Assembly (NCBI GenBank): GCA_016195405.1 | Contig: JACPZP010000125.1 | Location: 21,665-85,664 of the forward strand | Source of the DNA: Planctomycetota bacterium | GTDB taxonomy: Bacteria; Planctomycetota; Planctomycetia; Gemmatales; Gemmataceae | Direction: 5' to 3' | Length of the DNA: 64,000 bases | In this document: one piece after another, positions 55,879-64,000 of the stretch | Numbering within the stretch: position 1 is the stretch's first letter | Layout of the letters: each line of letters opens with the position of its first letter | Program-made: the position numbers and the translations under genes | The notes under the pieces: model-generated | Told to the model about the DNA's origin: nothing | The model's database searches: none | The model's input: only the letters and a program-made list of their open reading frames with translations

Positions 55879-57606
55879 TCATTTCACTTCGTCGAGCTTC
55901 TTGCCGCCGCCGAGTTGCAATTGGCTCGCGTCTTGCCCTGCATGCATCACGCTGGGACGGAAGCTGGAGGCGCCAAGATCGTTGGCGCTGCGCGAGCGGC
56001 GGTGGCCGATGACGCCGAGGAAGTTCTCGGCCGAGATGATGAACATGCCGCGCTCGATGGCGTCTTTGCGCATGGCCCGCATGGTCTCGTTAATGGCTTT
56101 GGCGCGGTCGGGCGTGTCGTCCCTCGCCTCTTTCGCCTCGGCTTCCTTCGCTTCGCCTTGCTTCGCTTCGCCGTCTTTGCCCTCGGCGTCCTTGTCCTTC
56201 TGCTTGGGCTTGAAGGCGTCGCCGTTCTTGGGCTCGGGAAGCAGGTCACCCAAGATCAGGTAGCGGGTGCGATAGTTGAGTTCGCCCTTAATCGTGTTGT
56301 CGGTCAGGTCGAGATAAGCGTCGACGCGGACGCCGTTGTTTTGCAGGATTTGCATGAACGCGTTCAGATTCCGCGTCTGCTCGGCCGGGGTGTCCGCGGG
56401 CTGGCCGTTCGGGTTGACGTTGCCGACCACGGCGACGTGCGAGCCCCAAAACATGTTGAAGAGGAGATCGCCTTCCTTGAGCGCGTTTTCCGATTCGCGC
56501 GCCAGCCGGCCCTTGGAAGCGTCGGCCAGCACGATTTCGCGGCCCTCGAGATCATAGAGGGAAGTAATGCGGCAGACCGAGGCGTTGTCGAGCACGCGAA
56601 TGACTTCACAGGTTCCCTTCATTTGGCCGGTCGCCTGGCGCTTGCCGTTGTCCGCGAAAATGTTGAAACTCAGCCCAGGCTTGGCGCCTTGCGCGGCGCC
56701 GATGTTGACGAAGAGCTGGCCGTTCTCGATGTCGACGCGCGTGACTTTGCCGAGCGGATTGTCCCACAACGTCTTGCCGGGGGACATGTCAAGCATGAGG
56801 GCGTGCACGTCGCCGGCCAACTTGACGGGAGCGTTGGGGTCTGCCTTTTGCACCTCAAATGCGACGATTTTCTTGTTCAGGTTGCGAATGACTGCCTCAT
56901 ACTTGGCCTTGTCGTTCTCAAGCTGGTCGCTCTGCTGTTTCTTCTCGTCATTGAGATCCTGGTTGCGTTTCATCTGTTTCTGCATTTCTTCGGTCTGCGC
57001 TTGAGCGGCCTTGAGCGTCTTGTTATTGCCGTCGGTGATAGCGACGTTAGCATCCTTCCACGACTTGTTAGTGGCGGCCTCCAGCTTTTCATAGCGCTCG
57101 TTGAGGGCCTTGTAGTCGGCTTGAGCGGTGTTGACTTGGGCACGGGCGTCTTCAAGGCTCTTGTTCAGCGTGGTAAAGGAGTCCTTGAATGTCTCCTTGT
57201 ACTTTTTTCCTTCCTTGTCGTAGTTCAGGCTCTTGCGCATCTCGGCGACCATCTTCTTGGCGGCCTCGCGCACTTTGGCGTCCTGCTTTCCGAATTCGCC
57301 GCCATCGCTGAGAAGATCGTCGATGGCAAGCTTGTAAAGATTCATTTCATCCGGATCCAACGCGTCGCCGTAGGCGAGCCGGGCTTCGCGGGCCAAGGTC
57401 AAGGCGTATTGCTCGCCGGTGTTGTTGGACTTGGCGAGTTGCGATTTTGCCTTGGCCTCTTCGCGCAGCTTCTCTTGTCCGGAGTAGCCGAAGTAGCCCC
57501 AAACGCCGAGGCCGATGCTCAAGAGGACGAAGAACGACAAGAAAATGACGAGGATCGTGCTCGGATTGGAGCCGTCGCGTTTGCCTGGTTTTCTCAGACC
57601 TGCCAT
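55879..57606 (-). CDS. Membrane-anchored coiled-coil protein with Lys/Glu-rich tail, hypothetical
   Basis: 575 aa. N-terminal TM (ILVIFLSFFVLLSIGLGVWGYF), long heptad coiled coil, C-terminal globular region. The overlapping + strand 664-aa ORF is a low-complexity antisense shadow. Confidence 0.55.
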   Translation of the reverse strand: MAGLRKPGKRDGSNPSTILVIFLSFFVLLSIGLGVWGYFGYSGQEKLREEAKAKSQLAKSNNTGEQYALTLAREARLAYGDALDPDEMNLYKLAIDDLLSDGGEFGKQDAKVREAAKKMVAEMRKSLNYDKEGKKYKETFKDSFTTLNKSLEDARAQVNTAQADYKALNERYEKLEAATNKSWKDANVAITDGNNKTLKAAQAQTEEMQKQMKRNQDLNDEKKQQSDQLENDKAKYEAVIRNLNKKIVAFEVQKADPNAPVKLAGDVHALMLDMSPGKTLWDNPLGKVTRVDIENGQLFVNIGAAQGAKPGLSFNIFADNGKRQATGQMKGTCEVIRVLDNASVCRITSLYDLEGREIVLADASKGRLARESENALKEGDLLFNMFWGSHVAVVGNVNPNGQPADTPAEQTRNLNAFMQILQNNGVRVDAYLDLTDNTIKGELNYRTRYLILGDLLPEPKNGDAFKPKQKDKDAEGKDGEAKQGEAKEAEAKEARDDTPDRAKAINETMRAMRKDAIERGMFIISAENFLGVIGHRRSRSANDLGASSFRPSVMHAGQDASQLQLGGGKKLDEVK

Positions 57607-58014
57607 GGGACCACCTCAGGGGGTGAAATGCAAAAGAAGATCGGGAACTCCGCCGCGCCAAAGCCCGGCAAAGCGTCTTCTATCAAGTCTAAAGGCATTG
57701 AGATTCTTGTCAAACCATTTGGCCTGGGAAAACTTTGCGGGCGCATTTTGCGAGCCGATCGCGACGGTTGTGCCAAGGAATGGCTCTGGATGGATTGTGG
57801 CGCTCGCCCGAACTTGACAGGTTGTTAAGTGCCTTTAGAATACGAGAAGCACCCAGATACCATTAGCGCGGCGTTTGTTCCTGGTCTTTCCGCTGGGACC
57901 CTGGCCTTTCACGGAGCGCGTCCCAGCCGTCCGCGCCCCTAACCTTCCGCGGTTGTTCCCGTCCTTCGTCCTCGGCGTTCGCAAGATTCGAGTTCCGCAG
58001 GTTCGACACGGTCC

Positions 58015-60894
58015 ATGTCGTCAGGCAGCGAGACGTTATACCTGATCGATGCGTATTCACTCATTTTCCAGGTGTTCCACGCCCTCCCGGAAATGAGCAG
58101 CCCTTCCGGTCTGCCGACCAACGCGGTCTTCGGCTTCACCAAAGACCTCCTGTATTTGCGCGACGAGCGGAAGCCGACGTATCTCCTGTGCGTCTTCGAC
58201 ATGCCGGGGCCGACTTTCCGCGACGAAATCTACACCGAGTACAAGGCAAACCGGGCGCCGATGCCCGACGACCTGCAATTGCAGATCCCCCTCATCCGCC
58301 AGGTGCTGGAGGGCGTGCGCATCCCCGTGCTCGGCATGGAAGGCTACGAGGCGGACGACCTCATCGCCACCCTAGCACGCCGCGGCGCCGAACGCGGCAT
58401 GGACGTCTACATCTGCTCCAGCGACAAGGATTGCCGGCAGCTGCTCTCCGACCACGTCAACATCTTCAACCTTCGCAAGCTGGAAGTCTACGACCGGGAA
58501 GCCTTGCTGAAGGACTGGGGCGTGACGCCCGAGCAAGTGATCGACTTTCAGACGCTGGTGGGCGATTCCGTCGATAACGTGCCCGGCGTGCCTGGCATCG
58601 GCCCAAAAACGGCGAGCAAGCTGCTGCAAGACTACAAGACGCTCGAAAACCTGCTCGCCCACGTCAGCGAGATTCCGGGAAAGAAGCAGGAAAGCCTGAA
58701 GGCCGCGACGCAGACGATCGCCACCAGTCGAAAACTCGTGAAATTGGCGACCGACGTGCCCGTCAAGGAAGACTGGGAGCATTGGCGCGTGCGGCCGTGG
58801 GATGGCCCGAAACTGCTGGAACTGTTCCGCGGCTTCGGCTTCGCTCGGTTCGCGGACATGATGCGGGCTTCACTCAACGCGGAGGCAAAAGCTGCCGGGG
58901 CTCAAGCGAAAAAGAGGACCGGAGCATTTCAAGGATCGCTGTTCGATGTTGTGGAGAACGGCGAACTCTCGACGGATGTCGCGAGTCCGGAGAATGCAAG
59001 GCCGCAAGCAGCATGGATTGCGAAGTACCACTTGGTGGACACGCCGGAGTTGTTTTCAACGTTTCTTGAAGAGCTCAAGAAACAGCCGCGCTTCGCCATC
59101 GACCTGGAAACGACGTCGCTGCAGCCGCGGAATGCTGACTTGGTGGGCCTGGCGTTCTCTTGGCGCGAGGGTGAGGCATGGTACGTGCCGGTGCGCGGGC
59201 CCAAGAATGATCGGGTGCTGGATGAGGACGTGGTTTTGGCGGCGCTTCGGCCGATTCTCGAAAGCGAACGCTGTGGGAAGATCAACCAAAACATCAAATA
59301 CGACTGGCAGGTTCTCAAGGCGCGTGGCATTCATGTCGCCGGGGTCGCCGGCGATTCGATGGTGGCCGATTACCTATTGCATGCGGGCGAGCGCAGCCAT
59401 AACATGGAGGTTCTCGCGGAAAAACATTTACAGCATCGTGTCATCCCCATCAGCGACCTGATTGGCACGGGCAGGACGCAGCGGCGCATGGATGAAGTGC
59501 CGACCGCCCGGGTCGCCCAGTATTCCGGCGAGGATGCCGACGTGGCCTGGCGTCTGTGCGCCCGGCTCGAACCCCTCTTGCAGGAGCTAAGCTTCAAGAA
59601 ACCGGGAAACGCTTCGTCGCACGACGCTTCATTGCAAAACGCGCCGTCGCGGCCTTCCCTGTTCCTTTACGACGACCTGGAGATTCCGCTCATCGAGGTG
59701 CTCGGCGACATGGAGTTTGCCGGCATTCGCCTCGACTTGCCGTTGCTCGCAAGGATGAGCGGCGACATGGCCGGCGCCCTCGTGGGCTTGGAGCGCGAGA
59801 TTCACGACCTGGCGGGCAGGGAATTTAACATTGCCTCGACCAAACAGCTCCGCGAGGTGCTCTTTGAAGAGAAAGGCTTCAAAAGGGGAAAGAAGACGGC
59901 GATCCTGGGGGAAGCGAGCACCGACCAGATGACGCTCGAAAAGCTGGCGCGTGAGGGCCATGAACTTCCGCGCAAATTGCTCGAGCAACGCAAAATCGCC
60001 AAGCTGAAAAGCACCTACGTCGACGCGCTGCCGGCGCTGGTGAACGAAAGAACGGGGCGCGTTCACGCTTCGTTCAACCAGACGGTGGCCTCGACGGGCC
60101 GGCTCAGCTCCAGCGACCCGAACTTGCAAAACATCCCCATTCGCTCGGAGCAGGGCGAGCAGATTCGGCAGGCGTTCTTGCCCGAGGAAGGGTGGACGCT
60201 CCTGACCGCGGACTACTCGCAGATCGAGTTGCGGCTTTTGGCTCATCTGTGCGGCGACGCGGAATTGCGGCGGGCGTTTGCCCTTGAGCAGGACATCCAT
60301 GCTCGTGTGGCGGCACAGGTCTTCAGCGTCGAGGAGAAAGACGTCACCAGCGCTATGCGGCGGACCGCCAAGACGATCAACTTCGGCGTCATCTACGGCA
60401 TTAGCGCTTTCGGCCTGGCGGCCCGGCTGGAAATCAGCAAGGATGAGGCGGCGGGATTTATCGAGGCCTACTTCAAGAAATATCCGCGCGTGCTGGCCTA
60501 CCAAGAACAACTCTTGGAATCGTGCCGCAACCAGGGATATGTGAGCACCATTCTGGGACGACGCCGGGCAATTACGGGAATCCGCTTCAAATCGAGCTAT
60601 CGAGGACGTAATCAGCCGGAGCGTGAAGCGATCAACATGCAAGTGCAAGGCTCGGCAGCAGACTTGATCAAAGTGGCGATGGTCCAGATCCATCGCCGCC
60701 TGAAAAAGGAACAGCGACGGGCCCGAATGCTCCTGCAGATCCACGATGAACTGGTGTTCGAGGTTCCGCCGGAGGAGCTTGGCGACGTTTCGACACTGGT
60801 TCGTGAGGAGATGACCGGCGCCCTGAGTTCGGAGCTGACCGTACCCTTGGGCGTGGACATGGGCGTCGGACCGAATTGGCTGGATGTCGCATGA
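58015..60894 (+). CDS. polA: DNA polymerase I (5'-3' exonuclease, 3'-5' exo-like and polymerase domains)
   Basis: 959 aa. FEN-like N-domain (LYLIDAYSLIFQ), Pol A motifs A (DYSQIELR), B (RRTAKTINFGVIYG), C (HDELVFE). Confidence 0.95.
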   Translation: MSSGSETLYLIDAYSLIFQVFHALPEMSSPSGLPTNAVFGFTKDLLYLRDERKPTYLLCVFDMPGPTFRDEIYTEYKANRAPMPDDLQLQIPLIRQVLEGVRIPVLGMEGYEADDLIATLARRGAERGMDVYICSSDKDCRQLLSDHVNIFNLRKLEVYDREALLKDWGVTPEQVIDFQTLVGDSVDNVPGVPGIGPKTASKLLQDYKTLENLLAHVSEIPGKKQESLKAATQTIATSRKLVKLATDVPVKEDWEHWRVRPWDGPKLLELFRGFGFARFADMMRASLNAEAKAAGAQAKKRTGAFQGSLFDVVENGELSTDVASPENARPQAAWIAKYHLVDTPELFSTFLEELKKQPRFAIDLETTSLQPRNADLVGLAFSWREGEAWYVPVRGPKNDRVLDEDVVLAALRPILESERCGKINQNIKYDWQVLKARGIHVAGVAGDSMVADYLLHAGERSHNMEVLAEKHLQHRVIPISDLIGTGRTQRRMDEVPTARVAQYSGEDADVAWRLCARLEPLLQELSFKKPGNASSHDASLQNAPSRPSLFLYDDLEIPLIEVLGDMEFAGIRLDLPLLARMSGDMAGALVGLEREIHDLAGREFNIASTKQLREVLFEEKGFKRGKKTAILGEASTDQMTLEKLAREGHELPRKLLEQRKIAKLKSTYVDALPALVNERTGRVHASFNQTVASTGRLSSSDPNLQNIPIRSEQGEQIRQAFLPEEGWTLLTADYSQIELRLLAHLCGDAELRRAFALEQDIHARVAAQVFSVEEKDVTSAMRRTAKTINFGVIYGISAFGLAARLEISKDEAAGFIEAYFKKYPRVLAYQEQLLESCRNQGYVSTILGRRRAITGIRFKSSYRGRNQPEREAINMQVQGSAADLIKVAMVQIHRRLKKEQRRARMLLQIHDELVFEVPPEELGDVSTLVREEMTGALSSELTVPLGVDMGVGPNWLDVA

Positions 60895-61487
60895 GCCGGA
60901 TTCCGATCCTCGGCCTCATCGGCGGCATCGGCAGCGGCAAGAGCCTGGTTGCGGAAGAGTTCGTCAAACAGGGCGGCTTCTTGATCGCGGGCGACGCGCT
61001 AGGGCATGAAGCCTTGCGGCAAGACGACATCAAGGCCCGTATCGTCGAGCGCTGGGGACCGGACGTTCTGGATGAAAATGGCCGCATTCAACGTCGAAAC
61101 CTGGGGACCATCGTCTTCGGAAATCCGGAGGAGTTGCGAGCGCTTGAGGCAATCGTCTTTCCATTCATCGGCAAGCGCATTCGGGAGGAGATCGCCAAGG
61201 CCGGCGCCGCGAAGTTCATTGTCTTGGACGCGGCCGTCATGATGGAGGCGGGCTGGGACCATAACTGTGACCGCATCATCCTCGTGGATGCACCCGCTGA
61301 CGTGCGGTTGCGACGGTTGCTCGAAAAACGAGGCTGGAACGAAGCGGAGATCCAGGCCCGCGAAAAGTCCCAGTTGCCGGTCGAGGACAAGCGCCGCCGT
61401 GCCGACTTCGTGATCGACAACGCGGGGCCGCCCGAAAGGTTGGCGTCGCAGGTGCAGAAGATACTCGAGGAACTTGGGGTACGCTAA
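60891..61487 (+). CDS. coaE: Dephospho-CoA kinase (start MSRIPILG overlapping the polA stop, ATGA)
   Basis: P-loop GLIGGIGSGKS, then the CoaE fold. Confidence 0.9.
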   Translation: MSRIPILGLIGGIGSGKSLVAEEFVKQGGFLIAGDALGHEALRQDDIKARIVERWGPDVLDENGRIQRRNLGTIVFGNPEELRALEAIVFPFIGKRIREEIAKAGAAKFIVLDAAVMMEAGWDHNCDRIILVDAPADVRLRRLLEKRGWNEAEIQAREKSQLPVEDKRRRADFVIDNAGPPERLASQVQKILEELGVR

Positions 61488-61505
61488 TTACCCTCGCCGG
61501 CGGAC

Positions 61506-63182
61506 TTGAAGGAGGAACGGACCATGCCTGAACCGAGAGGCCGTCGCGAGGGGCAACCCCTCAAGAGCCGAACCCGTCCCCGGCCCGATCCGGACAGGTA
61601 TGCAGACGACCGCAGAAGCGATGACCGCGGAACCGATGATCGCAGACCCGATGATCGTCGGCACGACGACCGGCGGCCTGAAGATCGCAGGAGCGACGAC
61701 CGTCGCTACGAACAGCGACGGGATGAGCGTGACGAACGGCCTCGCGACGAAAGGCCTCGCGAGGAACCTCGTGACGAGCGTGCTCACGGCGAGCCTCGCC
61801 GTGAGGACGAGCGCGACGAACGCGATCGCCCGGCGCCGCAGGGGTATGTAGAAGACGAGAATTTCACGGGCGGCTTCGACGCCGAGACCAATAGCCGCTA
61901 CGAGGAAATCAAGCGCGGCACCACCTTTATCTCGCAACTCCAGCAAATGACGATGCCGCAACTCCTCAAGACCGCCAAGGAGGAGTCGCTGTCGGAATAC
62001 ACCGGCCTCAAGAAGTAGGACCTGATCTTCAAGATTCTCAAGGAGCGCGTCAAACAGAACGGCCTCATGTTTGGCGAAGGCACGCTGGAAGTGCTTCCCG
62101 ACGGTTTCGGCTTCCTGCGCAGCCCCGATTACAATTACCTCCCCTGCCCTGACGACATCTACATTTCCCCAAGCCAGATTCGCCGCTTCGGTCTCAGAAC
62201 CGGCAGCGTGGTCGCCGGCCAAATTCGCCCACCGAAGGAAAACGAGCGCTACTTCGCGCTCCTGCGTGTCGAGGCCATCAATTACAACGACCCCGAGATT
62301 CTGACGCAGAAGGTTGTCTTCGACGACCTGACGCCCTTGCACCCCAACCAGCGCCTTGTGCTGGAGGCCGATCCGCAAGAAATCAACATGCGCGTCATGG
62401 ACCTGGTGACGCCGATCGGCAAGGGCCAGCGCGGCCTCTTAGTGGCGCCGCCGCGCACCGGCAAGACAATCCTTCTGCAAAAGATGGCCAACAGCATCCT
62501 CCGCAATCACGCCGAATGCTACGTCATCGTGCTGCTAATCGACGAGAGGCCCGAAGAAGTGACCGAGATGGAACGGACCGTGCGCAGCCCGCATGCCGAG
62601 GTCGTCAGCTCCACATTCGACGAGCCCACGAGCCGCCACGTCCAAGTCGCCGAGATGGTGATCGAAAAGGCGAAGCGCATGGTCGAATTCGGCACCGACG
62701 TTGTGATCCTGCTCGATTCGATCACCCGCCTCGCCCGCGCCTACAACACCGAAGTGCCGCACTCCGGCAAGATTCTGTCCGGCGGCGTCGACGCCAACGC
62801 GCTCCATAAGCCGAAACGCTTCTTCGGGGCGGCACGAAACATCGAAGAAGGCGGCAGCCTAACGATCTTGGCGACCGCCCTCATCGACACCGGCAGCCGC
62901 ATGGATGAAGTGATTTTCGAAGAATTCAAAGGCACCGGCAATATGGAGTTGCACCTCGACCGCCGCCTGGTCGACAAGCGCATTTGGCCGGCGATCGACG
63001 TCAACGCCTCCGGCACGCGTAAGGAAGAATTGCTCACCTCCGCCGAAGAGTTGCGCCGCGTCTACATCCTGCGCAAGGTGCTCAGTGACATGAACCCCGT
63101 TGAGGCAATGGAGTTGCTTATCAGCCGGATGGGCCGAACCAAGAGCAATAATGAGTTTCTCAATAGCATGAACTTGTCGTAG
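61506..63182 (+). CDS. rho: Transcription termination factor Rho with Arg/Asp-rich N-terminal insertion; frame interrupted by an in-frame TAG at 62016..62018
   Basis: ORF 61506..62018 (RD-rich region plus ...LSEYTGLKK) and ORF 62067..63182 (CSD RNA-binding, Walker A/B, Q and R loops) share one frame. The codons between them read [16 protein letters not shown], the conserved Rho N-terminal helix (E. coli RKQDIIFAILK). The TAG replaces the conserved Gln. Confidence 0.85.
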
Positions 63183-63187
63183 AGATT

Positions 63188-63454
63188 TTGAGCGCTGCTG
63201 GGCATAATGACGTGCAGGCTCGGTTGGAACGCTCTATGGATACAGCTACCTACACGGTTATCTACGAGTTGGCGGAAGAAGGCGGCTACTACGCGCACAT
63301 TCCAGCCTTGGAAGTAACTACGGAAGGCGAAACGCTTGAGGAGGCCAAGGAAATGGCCCGCGACGCCATCGAATCCACGCTGGCCTGCCTGAAAGAGCTT
63401 GATTTGCCCTTTCCACAGGAGGTCGCCAGCGAGCGCGTCGGAGCGGGGGCATGA
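63188..63454 (+). CDS. hicB: HicB-family antitoxin (UPF0150), probable start at MDTATYTV (63236)
   Basis: YTVIYELAEEGGYYAHIPALEVTTEGETLEEAKEMARDAIE is the HicB N-domain consensus. Confidence 0.7.
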   Translation: MSAAGHNDVQARLERSMDTATYTVIYELAEEGGYYAHIPALEVTTEGETLEEAKEMARDAIESTLACLKELDLPFPQEVASERVGAGA

Positions 63455-63678
63455 AAGCCCGCCTCCCGAGCCTTAAACCCGCCGAAGTCATCCGCATTCT
63501 GGAACGCAATGGGTTCCACGTACTTCGATCCACCAAACACCGGACATACGCTGATGACGCCAATCCGCCTCATCTTGTCCGAGTTCCTTACCATGGCCGG
63601 GACCTCAAAAGCAAGACGCTACGTTCCATCGTTCGCCAGGCTGGATGGACGGAAGAGGAGTTTCTAAAGAAACTGTAG
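63451..63678 (+). CDS. hicA: HicA-family mRNA interferase toxin
   Basis: 75 aa. LKPAEVIRILERNGFHVLRSTKHRTY...PYHGRDLKSKTLRSIVRQAG. ATGA overlap with hicB. Confidence 0.75.
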   Translation: MKARLPSLKPAEVIRILERNGFHVLRSTKHRTYADDANPPHLVRVPYHGRDLKSKTLRSIVRQAGWTEEEFLKKL

Positions 63679-63686
63679 CAACGCCA

Positions 63687-64000
63687 TGGGAACATTCACA
63701 GGAACTTTTGAGCCTTCTCCCAGCGCCCGCTTCGCTGTTGTAGCTGCTCGCTTCAATCAAATCGTCGTCGATGCCCTGGTCCGTGGCGCCCTCGACGGAC
63801 TTCGGCGCCACGGCGTCGCCGAGGACGCGGTCGACGTTGTCTGGGTGCCGGGCTCGCTTGAAATCCCACTAATCGCCAAGAAACTCGCCGAATCGACGAA
63901 TTACACAGGGGTGATTTGCTTGGGCGCGGTAATCCGCGGCGAAACCAGCCATTACGAGCATGTTGCCGGACAGGCCGCGTCAGGAATCATGCAGGCCGGG
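63687..64000 (+). CDS. ribH: 6,7-dimethyl-8-ribityllumazine synthase, N-terminal part (runs off the window end)
   Basis: FAVVAARFNQIVVDALVRGALDGLRRHG...VVWVPGSLEIPLIAKKLAES...VICLGAVIRGETSHYEHV is the lumazine synthase signature. Confidence 0.85.

Noticed and set aside
55834-57828. 664-aa + strand ORF
   Set aside because: Antisense of the coiled-coil membrane protein gene. Extreme Leu/Val/Ala/Gly low complexity.
59629-60744. 371-aa minus-strand ORF
   Set aside because: Antisense of polA.

Overview
High-GC bacterial chromosome segment whose gene content points to a Planctomycetes (Gemmata-like) genome: many eukaryote-like Ser/Thr kinases, ECF sigma factors, DUF1501 plus DUF1549/DUF1553 gene pairs, WD40/beta-propeller proteins and an 'ERLEDRTVPS'-type N-terminus on a secreted protein. 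Housekeeping genes: cysS (partial), ispF, dnaB, rplI-ssb-rpsF, pth-rplY, tpiA, pilT, polA-coaE-rho and ribH (partial). Metabolic content: a near-complete kynurenine/3-hydroxyanthranilate tryptophan-catabolic cluster (kynB, HAAO, ACMSD, kynureninase, KMO, aminomuconate-semialdehyde dehydrogenase). Signalling and accessory content includes two PilZ-containing proteins (one fused to a Ser/Thr kinase, one next to a GT2 synthase and an HlyD-like adaptor, Alg8/Alg44-like), a class III nucleotidyl cyclase with a restriction-endonuclease-like N-terminal domain co-transcribed with a SAM methyltransferase, a Pmp-like (GGAI/FxxN) beta-helix secreted protein flanked by copies of a palindromic repeat, and three toxin-antitoxin pairs (VapBC, ParE-like, HicBA). 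The strongest candidate for something new is an AT-richer islet at 53.4-55.7 kb. It is bounded by 92-bp direct repeats that include the 5' half of a tRNA-Thr(CGU) gene, and it carries a convergent SIR2-like (GAGxS / NYD / HG motifs) gene and an FRG-domain gene but no integrase; further orphan defense-like genes lie just upstream. Two otherwise intact conserved genes (rho and a Ser/Thr kinase-TPR gene) each contain a single in-frame TAG, although TAG is also used as an ordinary stop codon here. Several families of palindromic repeats are present.
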